Positions 19,480 to 27,901 of a stretch of 64,000 nucleotides of DNA are shown here, one piece after another. The stretch comes from an uncultured Acidobacteriota bacterium. GTDB taxonomy: Bacteria; Acidobacteriota; Thermoanaerobaculia; UBA5066; Gp7-AA6. Every line of letters begins with the position of its first letter. Within the stretch, counting starts at the first letter, position 1. The notes below the pieces were generated by a model that saw nothing but the letters and a program-made list of their open reading frames with translations, searched no databases and was not told the origin of the DNA. The stretch spans positions 32,401 to 96,400 of the forward strand of contig CAVXYF010000002.1 of NCBI GenBank assembly GCA_963765835.1, read 5' to 3'. The position numbers and the translations under genes were made by a program.

Positions 19480-20408
19480 GCGCCGCCGAGACTATCCGAG
19501 ACGGCGCGGATGGCCGAAAGGGATCCGGCCGGGCGGCATGTGGTGGTCCGGTCGATCCACCGGGCCATCTTCGAGAGCATGTCTCCGGGTCCGACTTCCA
19601 CGAACGAGCGGTGCCCATCCGCGACCATCGCCTCGTAAGTCTCGTTCCACAGCGTCGGGTGAATGAACTCCGTCGCCAGGAGCTCTCGCACCTTCTCGCC
19701 CGTCCGGGCCCGCCGCCCATCCGGGCCGTAGTAAGGCACGACGGGGTCGCGGATCGAGTCGAGCGCCGCGACCACCGGGGCCACCGCGTCGGCGACAGGT
19801 TGCATGAGCGAGCTGTGGATCGGCCAGCTCATGGACAGCGGAAGGACCGTCAGCGACTTTGGAGACAGAAGAGCCAGAGCCTCCGCCACCGCCTCGGCGC
19901 GGCCGGTCAGGACGAACTGCGTGGACGCGTTGACGTTTCCGATCCACACCGGCTGGCCGCGGCTGCGCAGTTCCGCGCAGACCTCGTCGACGGCTTCCCG
20001 GCGGGCGCCGACGACCGCGCCCATCGACCCTCGGATCCCGAGCCGCTCGGTCTCCCGCCAGACGGCGATCAACACTGCGAGCGCGTCCTCGTAGGAAACG
20101 GCCCCGGCGGCGACGAGAGCTGCGTAGTTGCCGAGGCTGTAACCCGCGGTCGCCCCGGGGCGCACGCCCTCCCTCTCGAGCGCGCGCGCCGCCAGCGTGG
20201 AAACCAGGTACACGCCGGCCTGGGCCGCAAGGTTCTCGTGAAGGGCTTGCGCGGGTCCCGCGAACAGAATCTTCTCCAGGTCGCGGCCGCAACGCTCCGA
20301 CGTACGGGTGAAGAGCTCTCGGGCGGCGGGGTCGGACTCCCAGAAGTCGCGACCCATCCCTACGGTCTCGGCGAGCTGGCCCGAGAAGAGAAAAGCCGGC
20401 GGGTTCAT
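19476..20408 (-). CDS. fabD: Malonyl-CoA:ACP transacylase (FabD-like acyltransferase)
   Basis: FLFSGQ...GYSLGNYAAL (GxSxG nucleophile elbow). The internal ATG at 20408 gives ~310 aa; the ORF track over-extends it. Confidence 0.85.
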   Translation of the reverse strand: MNPPAFLFSGQLAETVGMGRDFWESDPAARELFTRTSERCGRDLEKILFAGPAQALHENLAAQAGVYLVSTLAARALEREGVRPGATAGYSLGNYAALVAAGAVSYEDALAVLIAVWRETERLGIRGSMGAVVGARREAVDEVCAELRSRGQPVWIGNVNASTQFVLTGRAEAVAEALALLSPKSLTVLPLSMSWPIHSSLMQPVADAVAPVVAALDSIRDPVVPYYGPDGRRARTGEKVRELLATEFIHPTLWNETYEAMVADGHRSFVEVGPGDMLSKMARWIDRTTTCRPAGSLSAIRAVSDSLGGA

Positions 20409-21280
20409 GCCGTTTCGAGCGAGGGAAGAACGTCTTCGAGCGCGACGCAGCGGTCGCGGTCCAGCCAGCGGCGGAAGCGGTCCGGCAGGACCGAGAGCTT
20501 CAGGAAGTGCACCGTGCGGAGGAGCGGTGGAAGCCCCTCCATCCGGGGGTGATCGAAATCGAACTCCCACGGGTGGAACGTGAAGACCGCGGGGTGGCCG
20601 CGATCGCGGTACGCCCGTTCGGCCGCCGCGATCCGGTCCTCCGGGAGCAGCCGGAAGGGCCAGCCTCCACCGACCGGCAGCCTCCGGCCGAATCCGCGAC
20701 CCGTCAGAGGGGGAATCTCGACGATCGAGCCGCCCTCCCCCTCCACGCGGTACGGGCCGAGCGGGTTGTCGAAGCGCCCGAGGGGAGGGACCGCGGTCGC
20801 CGACGCGTCGCACCGGAAGCCCTCTTCCGACAGGATTCCGAGCGCGGGGTCGCCGGGATGGCGGATCGACCACTCCGCCGCGCGGTGCGCGTGGCAGCGG
20901 ACTCCCGCGGCGTCTTCGATCGCAAAGCGTGCCCGGCGCAGGTCCTCCCGGAACTCCCGGGGGGTCATTTCATCAGCGCGGAGGTGACGATCGCCGTGGA
21001 CCGCCGGCTCGTGGCCCCGGCGAACAGCCTCCCTCACCAGGTCGGGGCGTTTCCGCGCTACCCAGCCGAGGAAGAAGACCGTGGCCCGGTGTCCGCCGCC
21101 CTCGAGCAGGTCGAGGAGGTGGAGAAAGGTCTTCTCGATCCGCGATGGGAACGAGTCCCAGCGGCGCCAGTCCGAGTAGAAGTCGTCGCCGCACACGTGG
21201 AACCAGTCTTCCGCATCGATCGTGAGCACCCGCGGAGCGGGGCCGGGCGTACGGAGGAGGGTGATCCGAGGTTGCGACAC
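20405..21280 (-). CDS. Polysaccharide deacetylase (NodB-homology domain; ArnD or PEP-CTERM-locus type)
   Basis: LTIDAEDWFH is a metal-binding motif variant, and the His-rich C-terminal half resembles DUF3473. Confidence 0.75.
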   Translation of the reverse strand: MSQPRITLLRTPGPAPRVLTIDAEDWFHVCGDDFYSDWRRWDSFPSRIEKTFLHLLDLLEGGGHRATVFFLGWVARKRPDLVREAVRRGHEPAVHGDRHLRADEMTPREFREDLRRARFAIEDAAGVRCHAHRAAEWSIRHPGDPALGILSEEGFRCDASATAVPPLGRFDNPLGPYRVEGEGGSIVEIPPLTGRGFGRRLPVGGGWPFRLLPEDRIAAAERAYRDRGHPAVFTFHPWEFDFDHPRMEGLPPLLRTVHFLKLSVLPDRFRRWLDRDRCVALEDVLPSLETA

Positions 21281-21432
21281 GAGTCCCGAATTCTAGTCGC
21301 CGCGAGGTCGCGTCTTCGCCATGGGATGGTGCTTCGCCATGAGTTAGCGGCCGCTCGACACGGCCGGAGGGAGCAAACGGCCGTTGCGCACCATCCCATG
21401 GTGAGTGCGCAGCTCGCCTCGCGACTCGGACC

Positions 21433-22123
21433 CTAGTCCGTCTCGAAGACCTTGTAGTACACCGCGCCCCACGAAATGATCCACGTGTCGCGGAACGGCC
21501 GGTAGTGCGAGCCGGCAGAGTCGTAGATGGCGCGCACCGGAACGCTCGCGAACCGGTGGACGTGCCGCGCCGCCTTCAAGAGAACCTCCGTCTCGATCAG
21601 ATATCCGCGCGAAGAGAGCGACAGCCGGCGCAGCAGGGGCGCGGCGACCACGCGGTAGCCGGACTGCCCGTCCTCGACCTCGTGTCCGGTCATGCGCGTC
21701 AGGATGCGGCTCCCGATTTCGTTCGTGCGGAAGCGGACCGCCGGGATGTGCTCCCTCCCGTTGACGCGCGAGCCGATAACGAAGTCGTCGCCGGACCGCG
21801 CGGCGTCGAGCAGTCGGGGGAGATCGTCCGGATCGTGCTGGCCATCCGCGTCGACGAAGGCGACGTGACTCGCGTCCCCGGCGAGAACCGTCTCGAGGCC
21901 GGCCCGCAGCGCGCTCCCCTTGCCGGCGTTCACCGGAAGCCGGACGACCTCCGCGCCCGCCCGCTTCGCCTCCGCCGAGGTCCCGTCGGTGGACCCGTCG
22001 TCGACGACCACGACTCGCGGCACGTGCCTCCGCAGGCCGCGAACCACCGCACCGATGGTGGCCTCCGCCTGAAATGCGGGGACGAGCGCAACCGGATGGA
22101 AGTCGGATTCCACGTGGGGATCG
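21433..22123 (-). CDS. Family-2 glycosyltransferase (polyprenyl-phosphate sugar transferase-like: DPM1/ArnC/GtrB type, soluble domain only)
   Basis: VVVDDGSTDGT...FVDADGQHDP...QSGYR GT2 motifs. A GTG start at 22123 is used, because the upstream part of the ORF-track entry overlaps the nuo promoter region on the other strand. Confidence 0.75.
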
Positions 22124-22157
22124 TAGCCCGAGCATCCCGTTGACTCTCCCTCCGCGC

Positions 22158-22175
22158 TTGTGAAAAAGTTCACAA
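22158..22175 (+). promoter_or_regulatory. Rex operator (TTGTGAA-N4-TTCACAA), ~50 bp upstream of nuoA, in the divergent intergenic region with a TTGACT -35-like hexamer at 22139
   Basis: Exact palindrome TTGTGAAAAAGTTCACAA. The rex gene lies at the 3' end of the same operon. Confidence 0.75.
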
Positions 22176-22227
22176 CCGCTCGGCGCGCCCCGTTGCGCCG
22201 TTGGAAAGCCGGAATCGCGAGGTGCGG

Positions 22228-22581
22228 ATGGAAGAAAGTTATCTCCCGATCCTCATCCTGATGCTCTTCGCGATCGGAATCGCCGGCGCGATGATCCTCG
22301 TTTCCGCGGTGCTCGGCCCGCGTCTGCGCACGCGCCGGAAGCTCGACACCTACGAGAGCGGAATGCCGCTCCTGGACGCGTCTCACAAACGGATCTCCAT
22401 CCAGTTCTTCCTGATCGCGATGGTCTTCATCCTCTTCGACGTCGAGATCGCGTTCCTCTACCCCTGGGCGCTGGTGTTTCGCGAGGGAGGCATGCCCCTC
22501 TTCTACGAAATGGTGGCCTTCCTCGCGGTCCTCGCCGTGGGCTACGCCTACCTCTGGAAGAACAGGGCGTTCGACTGGTGA
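22228..22581 (+). CDS. nuoA: NADH-quinone oxidoreductase subunit A
   Basis: Three transmembrane helices, with the YESG and FDVE..FLYPWA motifs. Confidence 0.85.
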   Translation: MEESYLPILILMLFAIGIAGAMILVSAVLGPRLRTRRKLDTYESGMPLLDASHKRISIQFFLIAMVFILFDVEIAFLYPWALVFREGGMPLFYEMVAFLAVLAVGYAYLWKNRAFDW

Positions 22582-23084
22582 CCCACGTCCGTTACACGCT
22601 CGAGTCCGGGGGAGCACCGGCGAAGTTTCCCCCGAGGCGCGCCAGCGGATCGAGCGGATCCTGGCCCGCTACCCCACGAAGCAGGCGGCGCTCCTGCCCG
22701 TCCTGTGGGTCGCGCAGGAGACCTGGGGCTGGATTTCCCGGGAAGCGGCCGAGGAAGTCGCTCGGATCCTGGAACTCCCCCCGCGCACGTTTCGGGGTTC
22801 TCACCTTCTACACGATGTACAACCTGCGGCCCGTCGGCCGGAACCTGCTCCAGTTCTGCACGTCGATCTCCTGCCACATCGCGGGCGCCGGCCGACTGCT
22901 CGATCACTGCCGGAACCGTCTCGGGATCGACCTCGGTCAGACCACCGCGGACGGCAGCTTCACGATGGTCGAGGTCGAGTGCATCGCGGGCTGCGACCGC
23001 GCGCCGTCGATGATGGTCAACGACACCTACCACGAGCCGATGGACGCGGCGCGGCTGGATGCCCTGCTGGACGGGTTGAAGTGA
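22578..23084 (+). pseudogene. nuoE: NADH-quinone oxidoreductase subunit E (24-kDa, [2Fe-2S]), interrupted by frameshifts at homopolymer runs
   Basis: The C-terminal half (CTSISCHIAGAG...VECIAGCDRAP) is in the ORF frame. The N-terminal half (ARQRIERILARYPTKQAALLPVLWVAQETWGWIS) lies in another frame. Removing one C from CCCCCC at 22774-22779 restores LELPRARFGVLTFYTMY. A second shift near the GGGGG run at ~22608 is probable. Confidence 0.75.
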
Positions 23085-24397
23085 AGTCGGAGCAGGTTCT
23101 TCTCGCGCGGGTCGGCCGGGAGCACTCGGAGGCGATCGACACGTACGTCGCGGACGGCGGGTACGAGGCTCTCCGGAAAGTCCTCGGCGGCGCGTGGACT
23201 CCGGAAGCCGTCACGGAGGAGGTCAAGAAGTCGGGGCTTCGCGGCCGCGGCGGCGCGGGTTTCCCGACCGGCGTGAAGTGGGGCTTCGTCCCCAAGGACA
23301 CGAAGGGGAAGCCGGTCTACCTCCTCTGCAACGCGGACGAGTCGGAGCCCGGGACCTTCAAGGACCGGCTGCTGATGGAGAAGGACCCCCACCAGATGCT
23401 GGAGGGCCAGATCATCTCGGCGTACGCGCTGAAGTGCCGCAGCTCGTACATCTACATCCGCGGCGAGTTCTACGAGGGAGCCCGGATCCTGCAGCGCGCG
23501 ATCGACGAGGCGTACCGGGAGGGCTTCCTCGGGGAGAACATCCTCGGGTCCGGGTTCTCGCACGACATGACCGTCCACCGCGGCGCCGGCGCCTACATCT
23601 GCGGCGAGGAGACCGGTCTGATCGAGAGCCTGGAGGGCAAACGCGGCCAGCCTCGGATCAAGCCGCCCTTCCCCGCCGTGTTCGGGGTCTTCGGCGCGCC
23701 CACGATCGTCAACAACGTCGAGACGCTGTGCTGCGTGACCCACGTGATGAAACGGGGCGCCGAGTGGTTCGCAAAGATCGGCCGAAACGAGAAGAACACG
23801 GGGCCGAAGCTCTACTGCCTGTCCGGTCACGTCAACCGGCCCGGCGTCTACGAGGCCCCGATGGGCCTTCAGATGAAGGAGCTCCTCTTCGGGGACGACT
23901 ACGGGCAGGGCATGAAGGACGGCCGTAAGGTCAAGGCGGTCATCCCGGGTGGAGCCTCCGCGGCAATGCTGACGGCGGAGGAAATCGAAGACTGTCCGCT
24001 GGACTTCGACGGCCTGGCCGCCAAGAAGTCGATGCTGGGGTCGGCCGCGATCATCGTCATGAACGAGGACACCTGCATCGTCGACGCCGCGACGAACCTG
24101 GCCAAGTTCTTCTCCCACGAGTCGTGCGGGCAGTGCACTCCCTGTCGGGAGGGAACTCCCTGGCTGCACCGGGTGCTCGCGCGCATCGAAGACGGGGAGG
24201 GCCGGAGCGAGGACATCGACCTCCTCGAGAAGATCTCCAACCAGATGGCCAACGGCATGACCATCTGCGTCTTCGCGGACGCCGCGATCGCGCCAGTGCT
24301 GTCGTCGATCGGGAAGTTCCGCGACGAGTACCGGTACCACGTCGAGAACAAACGCTGTCTCGTGGGGCCGCGCGCCGGGGCGCTGGCCACGGCATGA
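23081..24397 (+). CDS. nuoF: NADH-quinone oxidoreductase subunit F (51-kDa, FMN/NADH/[4Fe-4S])
   Basis: GRGGAGFPTG, GEETGLIESLEG, and the CGQCTPCREG cluster motif. A GTG start overlaps the nuoE stop. Confidence 0.9.
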   Translation: MKSEQVLLARVGREHSEAIDTYVADGGYEALRKVLGGAWTPEAVTEEVKKSGLRGRGGAGFPTGVKWGFVPKDTKGKPVYLLCNADESEPGTFKDRLLMEKDPHQMLEGQIISAYALKCRSSYIYIRGEFYEGARILQRAIDEAYREGFLGENILGSGFSHDMTVHRGAGAYICGEETGLIESLEGKRGQPRIKPPFPAVFGVFGAPTIVNNVETLCCVTHVMKRGAEWFAKIGRNEKNTGPKLYCLSGHVNRPGVYEAPMGLQMKELLFGDDYGQGMKDGRKVKAVIPGGASAAMLTAEEIEDCPLDFDGLAAKKSMLGSAAIIVMNEDTCIVDAATNLAKFFSHESCGQCTPCREGTPWLHRVLARIEDGEGRSEDIDLLEKISNQMANGMTICVFADAAIAPVLSSIGKFRDEYRYHVENKRCLVGPRAGALATA

Positions 24398-26046
24398 GCA
24401 CCCCGGCCCCGCCCGCGACCGAAAAGAAGACCGTCACCGTCGTCTTCGACGGTGTCCCGATCGAGGTGCCCCCCGGGATCAACCTGATCGAGGCTGCGAA
24501 GCTCGCGGGAATCGAGATCCCCCACTTCTGCTTCCACCCCCGGCTGTCGGTCGTCGGGCAGTGCCGGATGTGCCTCGTCGAGATCGAGGGCATTCCCAAG
24601 ATCCAGGCGGCGTGCACGACCCCGCTGAAGGAAGGTCTCGTCGTCAAGACGACCACGGAGAAGGTGCGCGACTCGCGGGCCGCGAACATGGAGTTCCTCC
24701 TCATCAACCACCCGCTCGATTGCCCGATCTGCGACCAGGCCGGCGAGTGCAAGCTGCAGGACAACGCGTTCGGCTACGGCGAGCAGCGGTCCCGGTACGA
24801 CGAGCGGAAGCGGCAGTACGCCGGCTACGACCGGACGATGATCGGACCGCACGTCGTCGCCGACATGACCCGCTGCATCCAGTGCACGCGGTGCATCCGC
24901 TTCTGCTCCGAGATCGCAGGCACCGGCGAGCTCACCTTCCTGGATCGCGGCGGGCGCACGCTCGTCTGGACCCACGACGGTAAGCCGCTCGCGAACGACT
25001 GGTCGGCGTGCGCAGCCGACGTTTGCCCGGTCGGCGCGCTCACGACCCGGGAGTTCCGGTTCCGGCGCCGCGTCTGGGACCTCGCAAAGACTCCCTCGGT
25101 CTGCCCGGGGTGCAACATCGGCTGCAACATCTCGATCGAGAACCGCGACAACGTGGTCTACCGGTTCCTGCCCCGGCTGAACCCGGACGTGAACGACTAC
25201 TGGCTCTGCGACTACGGCCGCTTTCTGTCGGAGAGCCTGAACGCCCGGGACGTGGCGAAGGCCACGGTCCGGAGCGCGACGGAGGTGCGGGACGTCATCG
25301 TGCCGGCGGCCGTCGGGCAGATCGCGTCCGTCATCCGGGAGACGATCGACGCGGACGGGCCGTCGGGGCTGTTCTTCCTCGGGTCGGCGGACCTCTCGAA
25401 CGAGGAGAACTTTCTCCTCCGGAAGATCTCGGACCACCTGGGGTGCGCCAACCGCGACGTCGTCGTCGACCGCTCCCGGGTTCGCCGGATGAAGTCGAAG
25501 ACCGAGTGGATCGAGGGAGACCACGCCGCCGCCAACTACGCCGGCGCCCGGGACATGGGCATGACGCCGGGACCCGGTGGGCACGGCCTCGCCGACGTCC
25601 TCGAGGGCCGGTGGAGTCCGGCGGTCGTGGTCGTCGCGGACGCGGCGTTCTCGGCGGCCGCGGACGACCCGGACTCGGTTGCCCTGCTCCGCAAGGCGAA
25701 ATTTCTCGCGGTCGCCGGGCGAACCTCCAACGCCTTGACCCGAGCGGCCGACGTCGTCCTCCCGGCGTCCTCGCTCGCCCAGAAGGAGGGTTCGTTCACG
25801 AACGTGCAGGGGCGCGTCCAGCGGTTCGACCGGGCCTTCCTGCCGCCGCCGCCGTCGCGGCCTCACTGGGAGTTGCTCCTGCTGCTGGCGGTGGCGCTCG
25901 GTTGGGGAGACCGCAACTGGACTCCGGCCGACCTGCGCGCCCAGATCCGCGCGGAGGTAGCGGGCTACGACCACATCACCGAAGAGGAGATGGCGGGCGG
26001 CGGCCTCCTGAAGAAGGGGCTGTTCGTCTCGACCGGCGCGCTGTGA
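24394..26046 (+). CDS. nuoG: NADH-quinone oxidoreductase subunit G (short form, ~550 aa)
   Basis: N-terminal 2Fe-2S and 4Fe-4S cysteine clusters (CRMCLVE, CPICDQAGEC, CIQCTRCIRFC, CPVGAL). ATGA overlap with nuoF. Confidence 0.9.
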   Translation: MSTPAPPATEKKTVTVVFDGVPIEVPPGINLIEAAKLAGIEIPHFCFHPRLSVVGQCRMCLVEIEGIPKIQAACTTPLKEGLVVKTTTEKVRDSRAANMEFLLINHPLDCPICDQAGECKLQDNAFGYGEQRSRYDERKRQYAGYDRTMIGPHVVADMTRCIQCTRCIRFCSEIAGTGELTFLDRGGRTLVWTHDGKPLANDWSACAADVCPVGALTTREFRFRRRVWDLAKTPSVCPGCNIGCNISIENRDNVVYRFLPRLNPDVNDYWLCDYGRFLSESLNARDVAKATVRSATEVRDVIVPAAVGQIASVIRETIDADGPSGLFFLGSADLSNEENFLLRKISDHLGCANRDVVVDRSRVRRMKSKTEWIEGDHAAANYAGARDMGMTPGPGGHGLADVLEGRWSPAVVVVADAAFSAAADDPDSVALLRKAKFLAVAGRTSNALTRAADVVLPASSLAQKEGSFTNVQGRVQRFDRAFLPPPPSRPHWELLLLLAVALGWGDRNWTPADLRAQIRAEVAGYDHITEEEMAGGGLLKKGLFVSTGAL

Positions 26047-27083
26047 GCGGCACAGACCTGGGGATCGCGGCCCTTCGCGTGCTCGCCCCGGTCCTGGCCA
26101 TCCTGATCGTTCTGCCGATGCTCCAGTGGGTGGAGCGCCGCGGAGCCGGCTTGATCCAGGACCGGCCGGGCCCCAACCGCGTCGGCCCGTTCGGCCTTCT
26201 CCAGCCGCTCGCCGACGTCGTCAAGTTCTTCATGAAGGAAGACCTGATCCCGTCGAACGCGGACCGTTTCCTCTACGTGCTCGCGCCGGGCCTCGCGGCG
26301 TTCGCGGCGATGACCACCTTCGCTGTCATCCCGTACGGGGCGACGCTGACCGCGGGCGGCCGGGTCATACCGCTGGTCGGCGCGGACATCTCGATCGGGA
26401 TCCTGTACCTGTTCGCGCTCACCTCGCTGTCGGTCTACGGGATCGTGCTCGCGGGCTGGTCTTCCAACAACAAATTCTCCCTGATGGGCGGCATCCGCTC
26501 GAGCGCTCAGATCATTTCCTACGAGCTCGCGATGACGACCGCCGCCGCCGGCGTCGTTCTTTCGGCCGGATCGTTCCGGCTGACGGAGGTCGTCGTCCAA
26601 CAGGGCGGGAGCTGGTTCGCGTTCCCCTTCCACGGATGGAACGTCGTTCCGCAATTCCTGGGGTTCGTCGTCTTCTTCGTCTCCGCGTTCGCGGAGACCA
26701 ACCGCCTTCCCTTCGACCTCCCGGAAGCCGAGGCGGAGCTCGTCGCCGGATACCACACCGAGTATTCCGCCATGAAGTTCGCGATGTTCTACATGGCCGA
26801 GTACATCAACGTCATCGTGGCCTCGGCGCTCACGGTCACGCTCTACTTCGGGGGCTGGACGCTGCCCGGTTTTCACCCGACCGGGATCGGCGGCGTCCTC
26901 CTCTCGGTCCTGGTCTTCGCGGTCAAGACCGTAGCCGTCGTGTGGGTCTTCATGTGGGTGCGGTGGACTCTGCCGCGCTTCCGGTACGACCAGCTCATGC
27001 GGCTCGGCTGGAAAGCGCTCCTGCCGCTCGCGCTCGCGAACCTCTTCTGGGCCGCGGCGCTCGTTCTCTGGAAGGTCCTGTGA
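26043..27083 (+). CDS. nuoH: NADH-quinone oxidoreductase subunit H
   Basis: Multi-transmembrane protein with the conserved FAETNRLPFDLPEAE.ELVAGY.TEYS motif; GTGA overlap with nuoG. Confidence 0.9.
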   Translation: MSGTDLGIAALRVLAPVLAILIVLPMLQWVERRGAGLIQDRPGPNRVGPFGLLQPLADVVKFFMKEDLIPSNADRFLYVLAPGLAAFAAMTTFAVIPYGATLTAGGRVIPLVGADISIGILYLFALTSLSVYGIVLAGWSSNNKFSLMGGIRSSAQIISYELAMTTAAAGVVLSAGSFRLTEVVVQQGGSWFAFPFHGWNVVPQFLGFVVFFVSAFAETNRLPFDLPEAEAELVAGYHTEYSAMKFAMFYMAEYINVIVASALTVTLYFGGWTLPGFHPTGIGGVLLSVLVFAVKTVAVVWVFMWVRWTLPRFRYDQLMRLGWKALLPLALANLFWAAALVLWKVL

Positions 27084-27589
27084 CGGTCCGGCTCGCGTTC
27101 GACGTCGCCGCGGGGCTCGCAATCGTCTTCGCCTGCGCCATGGTGGTACACCGCCACCCGGTCAAGAGCGTTCTCGCGCTGGTCGTCTCGTTCTTCGCCC
27201 TCGCGGTCACGTTCGTGCTCCTTTCGGCGCCGCTGATCGCGGCCGTCCAGGTCATCGTCTACGCGGGCGCCATCCTCGTCCTCTTTCTCTTCGTGCTGAT
27301 GCTCTTAAACGTGCCCGCCGAGGTCCGACAGACCCCGGGCCGGCCGATCCACCACACGCTTTCGGCCGGAGCGATCGTGGCCTTCGCGGCGGCTTTGCTG
27401 GCGGCGTTCCGCTCCTACGGCTCGACGTCCGCGACTCCCTCCGCGGCGCTTTCGGACCCCTCCGACCTGGCTCCTCTCGCCCGGGTTCTGTTCTCGGATC
27501 ACCTCCTCTCGTTCGAGGCCCTGTCGATCCTGCTCCTGGCGGCGCTCGTGGGGGCGTTCGCTCTGGCGCGGCGGGAGGGAAGCCCGTGA
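27081..27589 (+). CDS. nuoJ: NADH-quinone oxidoreductase subunit J
   Basis: Small five-transmembrane-helix subunit sitting directly after nuoH, with no nuoI between them. Confidence 0.8.
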
Positions 27590-27900
27590 CGCCCAACGGA
27601 ATTCCGCTGGGCGACATCCTGCTCGCCTCCGGAGCGCTCTTCTCGATCGGGCTCGCGGGCGCGCTGCTGCGCCGGAACGCCATCTCGATCTTCCTCGCCA
27701 TCGAGCTGATGATGAACGCGGCGAACCTGGCGATCCTCGGCTATGCCGCGGCGCTCAACAGCCTCGAGGGGCAGATCGTCGTCTTCTTCGTGATCGCGAT
27801 CGCCGCCGCCGAGGCCGCGGTGGGGCTCGCCATCTTCGTCGCCCTCTTCCGGCACACCGAAACGATCGACGTCAACAAGATCAACCTGCTGAAGTGGTGA
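27586..27900 (+). CDS. nuoK: NADH-quinone oxidoreductase subunit K
   Basis: 104 aa with three transmembrane helices; the ...AAAEAAVGLAI.. motif. Confidence 0.9.
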   Translation: MTPNGIPLGDILLASGALFSIGLAGALLRRNAISIFLAIELMMNAANLAILGYAAALNSLEGQIVVFFVIAIAAAEAAVGLAIFVALFRHTETIDVNKINLLKW

Positions 27901-27901
27901 C

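Noticed and set aside
23027-24340. 437-aa minus-strand ORF opposite nuoF
   Set aside because: It is antisense to a gene with unambiguous NuoF motifs. It is a GC-rich shadow frame.
24057-25974. 691-aa and other minus-strand ORFs opposite nuoG
   Set aside because: Same reasoning: the plus frame carries the NuoG Fe-S cysteine clusters.
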